The notes: generated by a model not told the origin, from the sequence alone. Shown: positions 29,611 through 39,528, numbered from the stretch's first letter. The stretch: DNA of 64,000 bases from Bacillota bacterium (GCA_015059405.1 SVAL01000004.1:25817-89816), one strand, 5' to 3'. Program-made: numbers and translations.

Positions 29611-30624
29611 TTAAAGACCATTTCTACTTAAATTCATATCTTCTTTATATATCATCATACCAACAATATGTTTATTACCTACTTCATCCATCTTATATTT
29701 AAGTTCAAAACTACCACTAACAACAGTACCATATAATACAGAATAAGTACCTGCAACTTCTTCATAAGTACCAGTCATAGTATAAATTTGATCCTTTGAA
29801 GTATATTTAATCTCCGAAGATTTAAAAGAAACAACTACACCAGTATCTAAATAATCATCAAACAATACTTTATTTCCATCTACTAATTTAGGATAAGATA
29901 CCATATTATTAAATACACTCTCTAAATCTTCTAATCCATAAATTTGTTTATATGCTTTCTTAAAACTATCATATGTAACATATGGATGCATAGAATCCTC
30001 ATATAATCTTTCATCAAATCTAGGAACTACAGATAATCTATATTCATATACATTATATAAATCAAAACTATCAGGTACAGTTTCATTATTTAATACTTTC
30101 GCAATAAATCCCTTTTTAGACATTATCTTTCCATAAAATTTATCTAATTCAACATTAGCTTTTTCTTCAGAAAAACTAATAGTTTTATCTTCTTCAGGAT
30201 TTATTTCTTCTTCATCCCCATAAAGAAACTTATCTAAATCAACTAACTTAGTACCTATATACCATCCACCTACAAAAACAATAACCGTAAATACAAAGAA
30301 AAATACAAGTCTTAATAACGAAATAGACATTCTTAATTTTTTATTTTCCTTAACAAGTACTTCATTTTCTTCCTTTTCTCTTTCTATTTCTGCTTGTAAC
30401 TCTATATTTTCACATTTTTCTTTTACTAATTCTTCTTGTAAATCTCCAATTTCTTCTACTTGTTTATCAATTATTTCTAACCCTTTTTCAACATTTTCAT
30501 TACTAACAACAAGTTCTTCTACAATTTCATCAACTTTGTTTTCAATTGTTTCATCAGCTTCAGAAACTTCAACAACATCTTCTTTTTTAGATACCTTTTT
30601 CTTTTCTTTTTCAACTTTTTTCAT
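29611..30624 (-). CDS. Hypothetical coiled-coil, single-pass membrane protein
   Basis: E/K-rich N-terminal roughly 100 aa, one TM helix (LLRLVFFFVFTVIVFVGGWYIG), and an extracytoplasmic C-terminal domain. Confidence 0.5.
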   Translation of the reverse strand: MKKVEKEKKKVSKKEDVVEVSEADETIENKVDEIVEELVVSNENVEKGLEIIDKQVEEIGDLQEELVKEKCENIELQAEIEREKEENEVLVKENKKLRMSISLLRLVFFFVFTVIVFVGGWYIGTKLVDLDKFLYGDEEEINPEEDKTISFSEEKANVELDKFYGKIMSKKGFIAKVLNNETVPDSFDLYNVYEYRLSVVPRFDERLYEDSMHPYVTYDSFKKAYKQIYGLEDLESVFNNMVSYPKLVDGNKVLFDDYLDTGVVVSFKSSEIKYTSKDQIYTMTGTYEEVAGTYSVLYGTVVSGSFELKYKMDEVGNKHIVGMMIYKEDMNLSRNGL

Positions 30625-30737
30625 AAAAGCACCTTCCTACTATAAATAATTATAAAACACATATTTACTTTTAACAACAAAAAAGAGAGATAAAAATCTC
30701 TCCTTTACTTAATCAAACATCCAGTCTGATATTAATA

Positions 30738-31220
30738 TTATAGACTAAAATTTAAAGATTTAGTCATAAGTTTTACATTTTTAGCATCTACTGCTGCTTT
30801 AACATCGTTTTTTGTAACTTTTTCACAACTACCAACATCAACAGCAATACCTAAAATCGTTTCAATACTACAAGGATATTTTTTATATAATCCTCTTAGT
30901 TCAATATTTTCTTTTTCATGTCTTACAAATTCAGTAACCGAACTATATCCTTTTTTAGCTAATAACTTATCACTAACCAAGGATGGTTCATCTAATATCA
31001 TATCCAACATCTCTAATCTTACACAATCTAATTGACCTTGGATTTTATGTTTTTCCTCTATTAGTTCCATAATCTTAGCATTAACAGCACTTACTTTAGA
31101 TCTGTCTAATATTCTCTTCCAAGAATTTCTTCGCTTAATAGCACTCTCTTTAATACTAATTTGTATTTCACTTACTTCTAAAAATGTTTTTAAATAGCTT
31201 CTAGCTTTTTCCGTGTCCAT
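30738..31220 (-). CDS. Hypothetical cytoplasmic protein
   Basis: Start trimmed to MDTEKARS (ATG 31218-31220, GGAGAG upstream). Helical, with no recognised motif. A hairpin plus T-run (GAGAGA/TCTCTC, about 30681-30708) follows. Confidence 0.45.
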   Translation of the reverse strand: MDTEKARSYLKTFLEVSEIQISIKESAIKRRNSWKRILDRSKVSAVNAKIMELIEEKHKIQGQLDCVRLEMLDMILDEPSLVSDKLLAKKGYSSVTEFVRHEKENIELRGLYKKYPCSIETILGIAVDVGSCEKVTKNDVKAAVDAKNVKLMTKSLNFSL

Positions 31221-31337
31221 TTCGACTCTCCTTCCAAAGGACGAAATAACTATACAACAAAAGACTAAAAAAAGCAATTTATCACTAAATAACGAAGAAA
31301 AAAAGTCCTATTAAGACTCTTTTTCGAAGATATAAAA

Positions 31338-32045
31338 CTATTCTAAAAACTTAATCTCCTCTATATTATAATTTTTTTCAAATACAGTTATTTTTTCTTT
31401 ATTATCACAAGTAACTAAAAGAATATTCTCTAAAGATTTATATCCTAAACTATTAAGTCTAGTTATTAACCATTTTTCATCTTTGTTAATCATTTTTAAA
31501 TGTTTTTTCATAATCTTACTATCAATAACTAAATTAGTTACCAAAGAACTTTTATCAACTTTTATCTTCATATCATTAGGTGATAAAATATCATACTTAC
31601 TTTTAGATAAAAAACTAACCTTTCCATTAGCTTCCATTATTGCATATTCTATTTTACTAATATCATAATATCCACTAATTCTAGCTTCTTGTAATAATTC
31701 ATTTATATCAAACTTTGCTTTCTTTAAAGAAGCCTCTAATATTTTACCATTTTCAATAATTACAATAGGAACACCTATAATAAATCTACGTAAAATAATA
31801 CTTTTCATAGTAATAAGTGATAAAAATACTGATACTAAAGAATAAACTGTCATAACAACAATTCCTCCTAAAAAATCCGTATCTAAATTAGTAGATATCT
31901 CTGCTGCTACACTACCTATTGTAATCCCTACTACATAATCATATAAATTAAGTTGACTTATTTGTTTTCTCCCCATCATCTTAGTAAAAAAAAACAAAGC
32001 AACAATTGACAAAAGAGATCTCCAAACAACATCAAAAAAGTTCAT
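31338..32045 (-). CDS. DUF421 (YetF-like) membrane protein
   Basis: The N-terminus FFFTKMMGRKQISQLNLYDYVVGITIGSVAAE is the conserved DUF421 signature. Confidence 0.75.
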   Translation of the reverse strand: MNFFDVVWRSLLSIVALFFFTKMMGRKQISQLNLYDYVVGITIGSVAAEISTNLDTDFLGGIVVMTVYSLVSVFLSLITMKSIILRRFIIGVPIVIIENGKILEASLKKAKFDINELLQEARISGYYDISKIEYAIMEANGKVSFLSKSKYDILSPNDMKIKVDKSSLVTNLVIDSKIMKKHLKMINKDEKWLITRLNSLGYKSLENILLVTCDNKEKITVFEKNYNIEEIKFLE

Positions 32046-32077
32046 AATATCACCATTAATATTATGAACTCTTATTA

Positions 32078-33685
32078 TTAACTTAAACCTACTATTTCAT
32101 TTTCTTCATCTAAATATATCTTTTCATAATTAGGAACTTTAGGAAGTCCTGGCATCTTTATAGTTGTACCCATTAAAACAGTAATAAATCCAGCTCCATT
32201 ATAAAGTTCTATATCTCTAACAAACATTTCATGTCCACTAGGATATCCTAACTTTTTAGGATCATCACTAATTGAATATTGCGTTTTAGAAATACATACT
32301 GGTAAATAAGATAATTCTAATCTCTTTATCTCATTTAAACGTAATTTTGCTAAATCACTATAAACAACATTACCCGCATGATATATCTCTTTACATATTG
32401 TTTCAATCTTTTCTTCTACACTTATAAAATCATCATATAAAAGTTTAAACTCATTTTCTTTTTCACACATATCACATACTTCTTTAGCAAGAACAACAGC
32501 ACCTATTCCACCTTTACTATAACTATCACATATAACAAATGGAACATTATAACAATTACAACTTTGTCTTACTATATCAATCTCTTCTAAACTATCAGTA
32601 TCATACTTATTTAAACATACTATTAAATTAGAATTAAACTTAAGCATATTTTCAATATGAACATTTAAATTAGGTAGACCACGTCTTACTGCATCAACAG
32701 ATTCTTCCATTATTTCTTCTTTAGATACTCCACCATTGTATTTTAAAGCTTTAATTGTCGCAACAAGCACAACACAATCAGGTTTTAATTTAGCTTGACG
32801 ACACTTTATATCAAAAAACTTTTCAGCACCCAAGTCAGATCCAAATCCAGCTTCTGTAACTACATAATCAGCAAGTTTTATCCCTAATTTTGTTGCAATA
32901 ACACTATTACATCCATGCGCAATATTAGCAAAAGGTCCACCATGAACTAGCACTGGATTGTTTTCTAAAGTTTGTACTATATTAGGATTTAAACTATCTT
33001 TAAGTAAAACTGTCAAACTTCCTTCTAATTTTAAATCTCTTACATAAACAGGTTCATTATTCATATTATAAGCAACCATTATATTTGCTAATTTATCTTT
33101 TAAATCCATTAAATCTTTTGATAAACAAAATACACTCATAACTTCACTTGCAGCTGTAATATTAAACTTATCACGAAGTGCTCTATCATTTACATCAAGA
33201 CATCTTTTAAATAAAATCATCTTTTCATTAATACCTAGACTATTACCTTGATAAATATGATTATCAATAGCTGCTGCTATTAAATTATTCGCACTAGTTA
33301 TCGCATGTAAATCCCCTGTAAAATGTAAATTAATCTCATCCATTGGAACTATTTGTGAATATCCACCACCACAAGCTCCACCTTTCATTCCAAATACAGG
33401 TCCTAAAGAAGGTTCACGTAAAACTCCAATCGCATCTTTCTTTAATGAACAAAGTCCATCTAAAAGACCAATACTAACAGTAGTTTTCCCTTCCCCATAA
33501 GGAGTTGGATTAATTGCTGTTACTAATATTAATTTACCATTCTTACTATTTAAAATTTCATTATATTTAACCTTAGCTTTATAATCCCCATAAACTTCAA
33601 ATAAATCATCACTAAGCCCAACACCATGACATATATCTTTTATATTCTTTTTTACACAACTTCTAGCTATTTCTATATCACTCAT
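32078..33685 (-). CDS. fhs: Formate--tetrahydrofolate ligase
   Basis: SDIEIA N-terminus, PTPYGEGKTTVSIGL P-loop, and GGPFANIAHGCNS. Confidence 0.95.
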   Translation of the reverse strand: MSDIEIARSCVKKNIKDICHGVGLSDDLFEVYGDYKAKVKYNEILNSKNGKLILVTAINPTPYGEGKTTVSIGLLDGLCSLKKDAIGVLREPSLGPVFGMKGGACGGGYSQIVPMDEINLHFTGDLHAITSANNLIAAAIDNHIYQGNSLGINEKMILFKRCLDVNDRALRDKFNITAASEVMSVFCLSKDLMDLKDKLANIMVAYNMNNEPVYVRDLKLEGSLTVLLKDSLNPNIVQTLENNPVLVHGGPFANIAHGCNSVIATKLGIKLADYVVTEAGFGSDLGAEKFFDIKCRQAKLKPDCVVLVATIKALKYNGGVSKEEIMEESVDAVRRGLPNLNVHIENMLKFNSNLIVCLNKYDTDSLEEIDIVRQSCNCYNVPFVICDSYSKGGIGAVVLAKEVCDMCEKENEFKLLYDDFISVEEKIETICKEIYHAGNVVYSDLAKLRLNEIKRLELSYLPVCISKTQYSISDDPKKLGYPSGHEMFVRDIELYNGAGFITVLMGTTIKMPGLPKVPNYEKIYLDEENEIVGLS

Positions 33686-33788
33686 ATTATCACCAAATTA
33701 ATTATATCAAAAACAAGTCCATATTTTACACAATAAACATAACTTTACGCAAAAACAATAATAAAATTAACAATAAATTTACATATAA

Positions 33789-33797
33789 TGATATAAT
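33789..33797 (+). promoter_or_regulatory. Candidate extended -10 element (TGaTATAAT) for the plus-strand four-gene cassette
   Basis: TG at 33789-33790 and TATAAT at 33792-33797, about 25 nt upstream of the ATG at 33822 with GAGGTG between. The -35 is poor (TTAACA at 19-nt spacing). Confidence 0.35.
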
Positions 33798-33821
33798 ATA
33801 AATAATAGATGAGGTGTTGTT

Positions 33822-35552
33822 ATGGCTGATAGTACAGTATATATGAGTGCCGCTAACTTATATGGTATTGAAGACAACCTTGGACAGTTAGCAAAAAACA
33901 TTGGTAACGTATCTATAAATGTAGACCAAGTAGATACAAAAGTTAATAAAGTTACTGATAGTGTAAAAACAATTGAAGATGAAATAAAAAACTTCATGGT
34001 TGAAATTCGCGGAACTACTATTGTTTCAAATGCTAAACAATCTATCATGATGTCTCAAGAAGAACTTAATAAACAATATGGACACTATGATAATGTTAGA
34101 AGAAAAATAAATGGTATCTTCCAAGCAACAGATATTAATGCTGTTAGAAAATCAACTATCGAAAACATAAGTGAACAAGTAATAATTGATACTCCAAATT
34201 ATTGGCTTGCTCCTGCCCTAGTAAGTTTATGTGCTTGGTTAACTGATAATCAAGATCTTGCAACTAGAGCGTTAAAAGAAGCCATGAATAGAGATGATGA
34301 AAAAACAAGTTTATTATTCTGTTTAATACATTTACGTGCTAATCGTTATGATACAGCATTAAAATGGTTAACAAGATATTTAGAAATGCAAGATCCAGCT
34401 AAAATGGAAAGTAAAATAATAACTGTTTTAGATGCCATCACAAACGGAAGTTTTGGAGTAGACGCCAAAGAAATATGTCTTCAAAAAATAGAATCATGGA
34501 TTAAAGAATTATCTTCTCAACCAGGATATAAAGAAATCCAAATAGATAGATGGACTACTTATATAAATAGTCTTATTAATCCAAAAACAAATGATGAATT
34601 TGACTTTATTGCTAAATACACATCAGAACTAGATCGTGTAAATAAAATACTTGCTGTATCTAATTCTAGAAGAAATATACTTATTGAACTAAAAAATATT
34701 ATTAAAGAAGAACAAAACTTAAATGTATCTACTACCAATCAAATAGATAAATTAATTAATATGTTAGTATTTAATTATGAAAATGATGAATTAGAACTAA
34801 AAAAAGATATAGCTAAAAATAAACTTATTATTGAAGAAAATGGTAATGTTACTAAAGCTACAGAAAGATTTAAAGAAACTGAACTAGCTTTCCAAAAATC
34901 AATTGATTTCTATTCACAACTAACTAATATAACTTTAGAATATAAAAGTACTAAACCTACTATTAATACTAGAAAAATGGCTCTAGCATTATCTAAAGAT
35001 TGGATAAGTGAATCATATAATAATATTAGTAAAAATTTCGCAAACAATGATCTTAATATTGATATAAAAATAGATACATGGAATGGTACTACTAATAATG
35101 GTCAAAACGAAAAAGAATTATTAGAAGATTTAAATAATCATATTGATAAAGAAACTCATAATGACATATATGGAAAACCATTAGTAGATATTAAAATTAT
35201 TGGTGCAACAATCCTAGGAGTAATCATAATGGCAATTCTTATGGTTACTGTAAAACAACCATTACTCGCACTAGTAGTATTTATTGGTATTCTTATATTA
35301 GATGCTTATGTTTTTTATATAAATTATAGTGAAAGACAAGATAAAATTAAAAAAAGAGAAAGAAAAAAAGAAAATGCTAAATATATATTATTAAATACAA
35401 TTGCTGAAATAGTAGACTTTAACTTTATCTGTAAAGATAATGAAGAAACACATAATCAAATTAATACATTCTTAAATTCTTTAGACTATCGTAATTATAT
35501 TAAAGGGCAAGATCAAAAAAGAAATATAGAAGTAGGAGGTAACAATGGATAA
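33822..35552 (+). CDS. Unknown 576-aa helical protein with a C-terminal two-helix membrane hairpin (cassette gene 1)
   Basis: No family recognised. N-terminal heptad-like region. Helical-repeat-like block NYWLAPALVSLCAWLTDNQDLATRALKEAMNRDDEKTSLLFCLIHLRANRYDTALKWLTRYLEMQDP. Two adjacent hydrophobic helices at about aa 457-502 (IIGATILGVIIMAILMVTV / LLALVVFIGILILDAYVFYINY), followed by a K/R-rich stretch. Confidence 0.8.
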   Translation: MADSTVYMSAANLYGIEDNLGQLAKNIGNVSINVDQVDTKVNKVTDSVKTIEDEIKNFMVEIRGTTIVSNAKQSIMMSQEELNKQYGHYDNVRRKINGIFQATDINAVRKSTIENISEQVIIDTPNYWLAPALVSLCAWLTDNQDLATRALKEAMNRDDEKTSLLFCLIHLRANRYDTALKWLTRYLEMQDPAKMESKIITVLDAITNGSFGVDAKEICLQKIESWIKELSSQPGYKEIQIDRWTTYINSLINPKTNDEFDFIAKYTSELDRVNKILAVSNSRRNILIELKNIIKEEQNLNVSTTNQIDKLINMLVFNYENDELELKKDIAKNKLIIEENGNVTKATERFKETELAFQKSIDFYSQLTNITLEYKSTKPTINTRKMALALSKDWISESYNNISKNFANNDLNIDIKIDTWNGTTNNGQNEKELLEDLNNHIDKETHNDIYGKPLVDIKIIGATILGVIIMAILMVTVKQPLLALVVFIGILILDAYVFYINYSERQDKIKKRERKKENAKYILLNTIAEIVDFNFICKDNEETHNQINTFLNSLDYRNYIKGQDQKRNIEVGGNNG

Positions 35553-35739
35553 TAATCAAGATTTGAATTTCTTAAATCAAAATAACAACCAAGAACTATT
35601 TAAACAAATTGATCAAGAAATGAAAGAAAAAGAAAAAATAGAAAATCCAAATACAACAAATGATGAATTTATTAAAAGCCTACCAGATTGGGATCTACCT
35701 CCCCTATATGAAAAAGTAAGGAGAGTGAATAGACAATGA
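35545..35739 (+). CDS. Unknown 64-aa N/Q/E-rich protein (cassette gene 2)
   Basis: AGGAGG RBS. The ATG overlaps the gene-1 stop (ATGGATAA). C-terminal proline motif LPDWDLPPLYEKVRR. Confidence 0.6.
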   Translation: MDNNQDLNFLNQNNNQELFKQIDQEMKEKEKIENPNTTNDEFIKSLPDWDLPPLYEKVRRVNRQ

Positions 35740-36167
35740 CATATTATGAATGGATTGATTATTTCTACTCTTTACAAAAAGCACCTATTACAGAAGATGC
35801 AATCAATAAGATTAATAATAGTACTATAGATTATAAAGGAAATATTAAAGTTAGATTTCTAAATCAAATAGTTAAATTAATTAATATAAGATTAAATAAT
35901 GCTTTAGATAATTTCTTGTTAAAAACAAAAACATTAATTCAAGATAAAAATGTATTAAGTATTGAAATTAATGATTTAAAAAAAGAAATAATATTTGCAA
36001 GACAACTAGCTTCTACAAAACATTTTGATGAAGATGTAACAAAACAATTATTAAAAAGTATAGATGGTTTTGGAGAAGAAATGAATAATTCTATCAAAGC
36101 AAGATATGCAAATTGTAATAATAATGAAATAGTTATGTTAATAAATAATATTGACTTAAATGCTTAG
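35736..36167 (+). CDS. Unknown 143-aa helical protein (cassette gene 3)
   Basis: ATGA start/stop overlap with gene 2. AAGGAGAG RBS. No motif recognised. Confidence 0.65.
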   Translation: MTYYEWIDYFYSLQKAPITEDAINKINNSTIDYKGNIKVRFLNQIVKLINIRLNNALDNFLLKTKTLIQDKNVLSIEINDLKKEIIFARQLASTKHFDEDVTKQLLKSIDGFGEEMNNSIKARYANCNNNEIVMLINNIDLNA

Positions 36168-36176
36168 GAGGAAAAT

Positions 36177-37754
36177 ATGAATTATAATGAAACAAAACAA
36201 TTATTAACTCAATATTTACTAGCAAGAATTCCTTTTATTGGAATTAATACCATTGAAAAAGGAAGAGCACTAGAATTATTAAGTGAAATATCTAAAGAAA
36301 CTAATATGAATATGAAAGTTCATTCAATGTCCAAAGGATTTACTAATCTAACTACTGGAGAAGTATATAGTAATGAAAAATTAATGATGGGCGCACTTGA
36401 TTTTATCGTAGAAGAATTAAAAACAAGTGAAAATCAAATATATATATTAAGTGATGTATCAGAACTTGATACAGAAACATTCACAGCTAGATATTTAGTA
36501 GATATAACTAACCTAGCTGAACAAAAATCATCAAGTGTAATAGTAATTACTGCTGCCCCTATTTGGGTACAATTACAACGTCAAGGAATGTCTATAGATC
36601 TAGAACTTCCTAATGAAGAAGAACTATTTAATATTATTGTTGAAAATATAAGACCATATCAAAATCAAATTCAAATTGGATGGGATATAAATGACGTTAA
36701 AGAAGCAGCTAATATATTACTTGGAATTAGTAAAATAGAAGTTAAAAACGTAATTGCATCACTTATTGCTAAAGGAAGTTTAACTAAAGAAGACTTAGTT
36801 GATTTAAAATTTGCTAAAGATAGTCTATTCTCTAATATAAATGGATTAGAAAAAATATCAGTAGATGAAGATATAGCTTATGGTGGACTAGAAGGATTAA
36901 AGAAATGGCTTGATGAAAAAGAAAAACTTCTTACTCCAGAAAAAAGAGAAGAAATGAAAAAAAGAGGTATTAGACCTCCAAGAGGAATTCTTTTAATGGG
37001 AGTTCCTGGATGTGGAAAAAGTTTATCAGCAAAAGCTATAGCTGCTCGTTGGAAAAGACCATTATATAGATTAGACTTTGCTACAATTCAAGGTCGTTAT
37101 GTTGGACAAAGTGAACAACAATTAAAAGAAGCTTTTGAAACAGCAGAACATGTATCTCCTTGTATATTATGGATAGATGAAATTGAAAAAGGATTATCTG
37201 GTGGTAGTGGTGATTCTAGTGGTGTTACAACTCGTCTTATCGGACAATTCCTATTCTGGTTACAAGAATGTCAAAAAGATGTATTTATAATCGCAACAGC
37301 TAATAACGTTAAAGAATTACCTGCAGAATTATTACGTAAAGGTAGATTTGATGAAATGTTCTTCGTTGATTTACCAAACCAAGGTGAAAGAAAAGAAATT
37401 ATTACTCTATATATCGAAAGATATTTAGGTGTTGAAGCAACAGATGAATTTGTACAAAAACTAGTTAAGTTAACTGAAAACTATAGTGGTTCTGATATTG
37501 AATCTATTCTAAGAGATTTAGCTTATAGAACTATTGCAGGTGTTGTTGAATTATCAGAAGAAACAGTATACGCTGCATTTAAAGATAGTGTATCTATGTA
37601 CCAAACTAATAAAGAAAAAATTGAAGATATTAGATCTTGGGCTAAAGATAGAACAATACATGCCTCTAAAAAAGATGAAGTTGAAACAACTACAGAAACT
37701 AAACCTCAAACACTTTCATCAAATAATAGTGTTGAAGATTTAGATTTAATTTAA
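36177..37754 (+). CDS. AAA+ ATPase of the classic AAA clade with a degenerate N-terminal AAA-like domain (Ycf46-like architecture; cassette gene 4)
   Basis: Walker A GVPGCGKS (aa 275-282), Walker B ILWIDEIE, VGQSEQQLKEAF, sensor-1 region IIATANN, and the Arg-finger region LLRKGRFDEMFFVDLP. The N-terminal roughly 260 aa keep IYILSDVSELD and VIVITAAP remnants but have no P-loop. This layout is what I remember for cyanobacterial/plastid Ycf46. Confidence 0.85.
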   Translation: MNYNETKQLLTQYLLARIPFIGINTIEKGRALELLSEISKETNMNMKVHSMSKGFTNLTTGEVYSNEKLMMGALDFIVEELKTSENQIYILSDVSELDTETFTARYLVDITNLAEQKSSSVIVITAAPIWVQLQRQGMSIDLELPNEEELFNIIVENIRPYQNQIQIGWDINDVKEAANILLGISKIEVKNVIASLIAKGSLTKEDLVDLKFAKDSLFSNINGLEKISVDEDIAYGGLEGLKKWLDEKEKLLTPEKREEMKKRGIRPPRGILLMGVPGCGKSLSAKAIAARWKRPLYRLDFATIQGRYVGQSEQQLKEAFETAEHVSPCILWIDEIEKGLSGGSGDSSGVTTRLIGQFLFWLQECQKDVFIIATANNVKELPAELLRKGRFDEMFFVDLPNQGERKEIITLYIERYLGVEATDEFVQKLVKLTENYSGSDIESILRDLAYRTIAGVVELSEETVYAAFKDSVSMYQTNKEKIEDIRSWAKDRTIHASKKDEVETTTETKPQTLSSNNSVEDLDLI

Positions 37755-37772
37755 ATAAAATAAAATAAAAAA

Positions 37773-37798
37773 ATATCTAGTTAAACTAGATATTTTTT
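37773..37798. terminator. Bidirectional terminator after the cassette
   Basis: ATATCTAGT-TAA-ACTAGATAT, flanked by an A-run on the left and a T-run on the right. It lies between the convergent AAA+ gene and the thioredoxin-like gene. Confidence 0.8.
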
Positions 37799-37811
37799 AT
37801 TGCCTTTATAT

Positions 37812-38357
37812 TTATTCTTGTCTTGCTTTTACTACTATTACTATACCAATAACTAAAATAACACCTGCAATAATTGCAACAACTACACCATTTGGTTCAT
37901 TATTTTCAAACTTAAAATTAGCAATTACATCTCTTGCAGTAGTAACCCTACTATCTTCATCTTTTTCATATTCTTTTATTATACTATTTAAAATGTCATC
38001 ATTATCTCCTTCAGAATAACCATTTAAAGTATAGTCCCCAATAATAATATAAGGAACACCACTAGTAGTTTCATTATAAGCTTTCGCAACAGCTTCCATT
38101 AAAGCAGTATTTTCTTCACTCTTCCATACTTCAAATTTAACTAAATCAAAATAATCCCCATATTCTTCTTCTAAAGATTCAAAATATTGAAATGAAGCTG
38201 CACAATATCCACAACCATCTCCATAAAATTCATAAATTTTAATAGGTTCTTTCTTTACTTCTTCTTTTTCATTTTCTTTTTCTTCAGCAAATACAAAACT
38301 AGGAACTATAGTTATAATAAATAATAATATAAATAAACTACTTAAAAACTTCTTCAT
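37812..38357 (-). CDS. Secreted or membrane-tethered thioredoxin-fold protein (CGYC)
   Basis: Signal peptide, IYEFYGDGCGYCAASF CxxC box, GVPYIIIG (cis-Pro loop), and a C-terminal TM anchor. Confidence 0.7.
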   Translation of the reverse strand: MKKFLSSLFILLFIITIVPSFVFAEEKENEKEEVKKEPIKIYEFYGDGCGYCAASFQYFESLEEEYGDYFDLVKFEVWKSEENTALMEAVAKAYNETTSGVPYIIIGDYTLNGYSEGDNDDILNSIIKEYEKDEDSRVTTARDVIANFKFENNEPNGVVVAIIAGVILVIGIVIVVKARQE

Positions 38358-38415
38358 CTTCTACCTCCATACAACTAATATCATAACACAAAAAAAATAA
38401 ATAAAGCAATATACC

Positions 38416-38928
38416 CTATCTTGCTTTATTTATTACATTATCCATAACATTATCAAATACTATATAAATAGAATTAGATATATTAGTAATAAACTTACTA
38501 TTTATATTAAAACCATTTTTTATTTTATAATCATATATTGTCTTACTAGCTTTAGTACCTCTATTTATATTTTCATATTCTAGTAATATTTGATCTAAAA
38601 TCTCTTTTTTACTAGTCTCTCCAAATCCAATAAAAGATTTATCACCAACTACAATATATGGCACACCTGAAACATTATCCCCTAATGCTTTACCAACTTC
38701 CATCATTAATTTAGAATTATCTTGGTTATACCATACTTCTAATTTTACTAAATCAAAATAGTTACCATACTCTTCTTCTATATAGTCAAACCATACAAAA
38801 GAATTAGTACAATGTGGACATCCATTTCCATAAAACTCATATATTAAAACAGGAGAAGCTGCATCAACAATCATATTAGGTACAAATATTAATACTAAAA
38901 TAATTAAATAAAAATATAATTTCTTCAT
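38416..38928 (-). CDS. Secreted thioredoxin-fold protein (CPHC), tandem paralogue
   Basis: Signal peptide, IYEFYGNGCPHCTNSF, GVPYIVVG. No C-terminal TM helix. Confidence 0.7.
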   Translation of the reverse strand: MKKLYFYLIILVLIFVPNMIVDAASPVLIYEFYGNGCPHCTNSFVWFDYIEEEYGNYFDLVKLEVWYNQDNSKLMMEVGKALGDNVSGVPYIVVGDKSFIGFGETSKKEILDQILLEYENINRGTKASKTIYDYKIKNGFNINSKFITNISNSIYIVFDNVMDNVINKAR

Positions 38929-38977
38929 ATCTTTCTACCTCTATATGATTATAACATATAAATCAATATAATTTTAA

Positions 38978-39520
38978 CTATTTAACTTTTTTATTATCTA
39001 AACTATTTATATATAAATTAAACTCTTTAAAACTAAGACCAGGAGTAACTTCAAAAAACTCAGTAACAGGTCTAGCTACTCCACCAGCCATCTCTATATA
39101 ATACTTATTAATCGAATTAATCGCATCTTCTTCATCTTTATAATTATAAATACCTACTCTTTCCCAATTAGGATGTTCAATCTGATAAGTCTTACCATCT
39201 TTTTCATATAAAACAAAACAATGCATATGTTCATCACTATCTAAATCATCAAAATCTTTTCCTTCATATATACGAGTACAAAACATCTTATTAGGAATAT
39301 TAAGTTTATCTAACAATACATGCATTAAATATACTTGTTCTATACAAGTACCTAAACCATGAGACAAAGTCTCTTCAAGTGAAGAGGTACGATATACCCT
39401 TCTAAATTCTTTCATCGTATTTATATGTTCTTTATCTTCATTATCTAACCATCCATACTTAATATTAGATTTCATAAACTCTAATATATCTTCTGGAGTC
39501 TTAATATTATCAATTGTCAT
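38978..39520 (-). CDS. Transglutaminase-like (papain-fold) domain protein
   Basis: The GLGTCIEQVYLMHVLL (Cys), HMHCFVLY (His) and later E/D pattern fits transglutaminase-like cysteine peptidase cores. By-eye call. Confidence 0.5.
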   Translation of the reverse strand: MTIDNIKTPEDILEFMKSNIKYGWLDNEDKEHINTMKEFRRVYRTSSLEETLSHGLGTCIEQVYLMHVLLDKLNIPNKMFCTRIYEGKDFDDLDSDEHMHCFVLYEKDGKTYQIEHPNWERVGIYNYKDEEDAINSINKYYIEMAGGVARPVTEFFEVTPGLSFKEFNLYINSLDNKKVK

Positions 39521-39528
39521 ATTATCAC

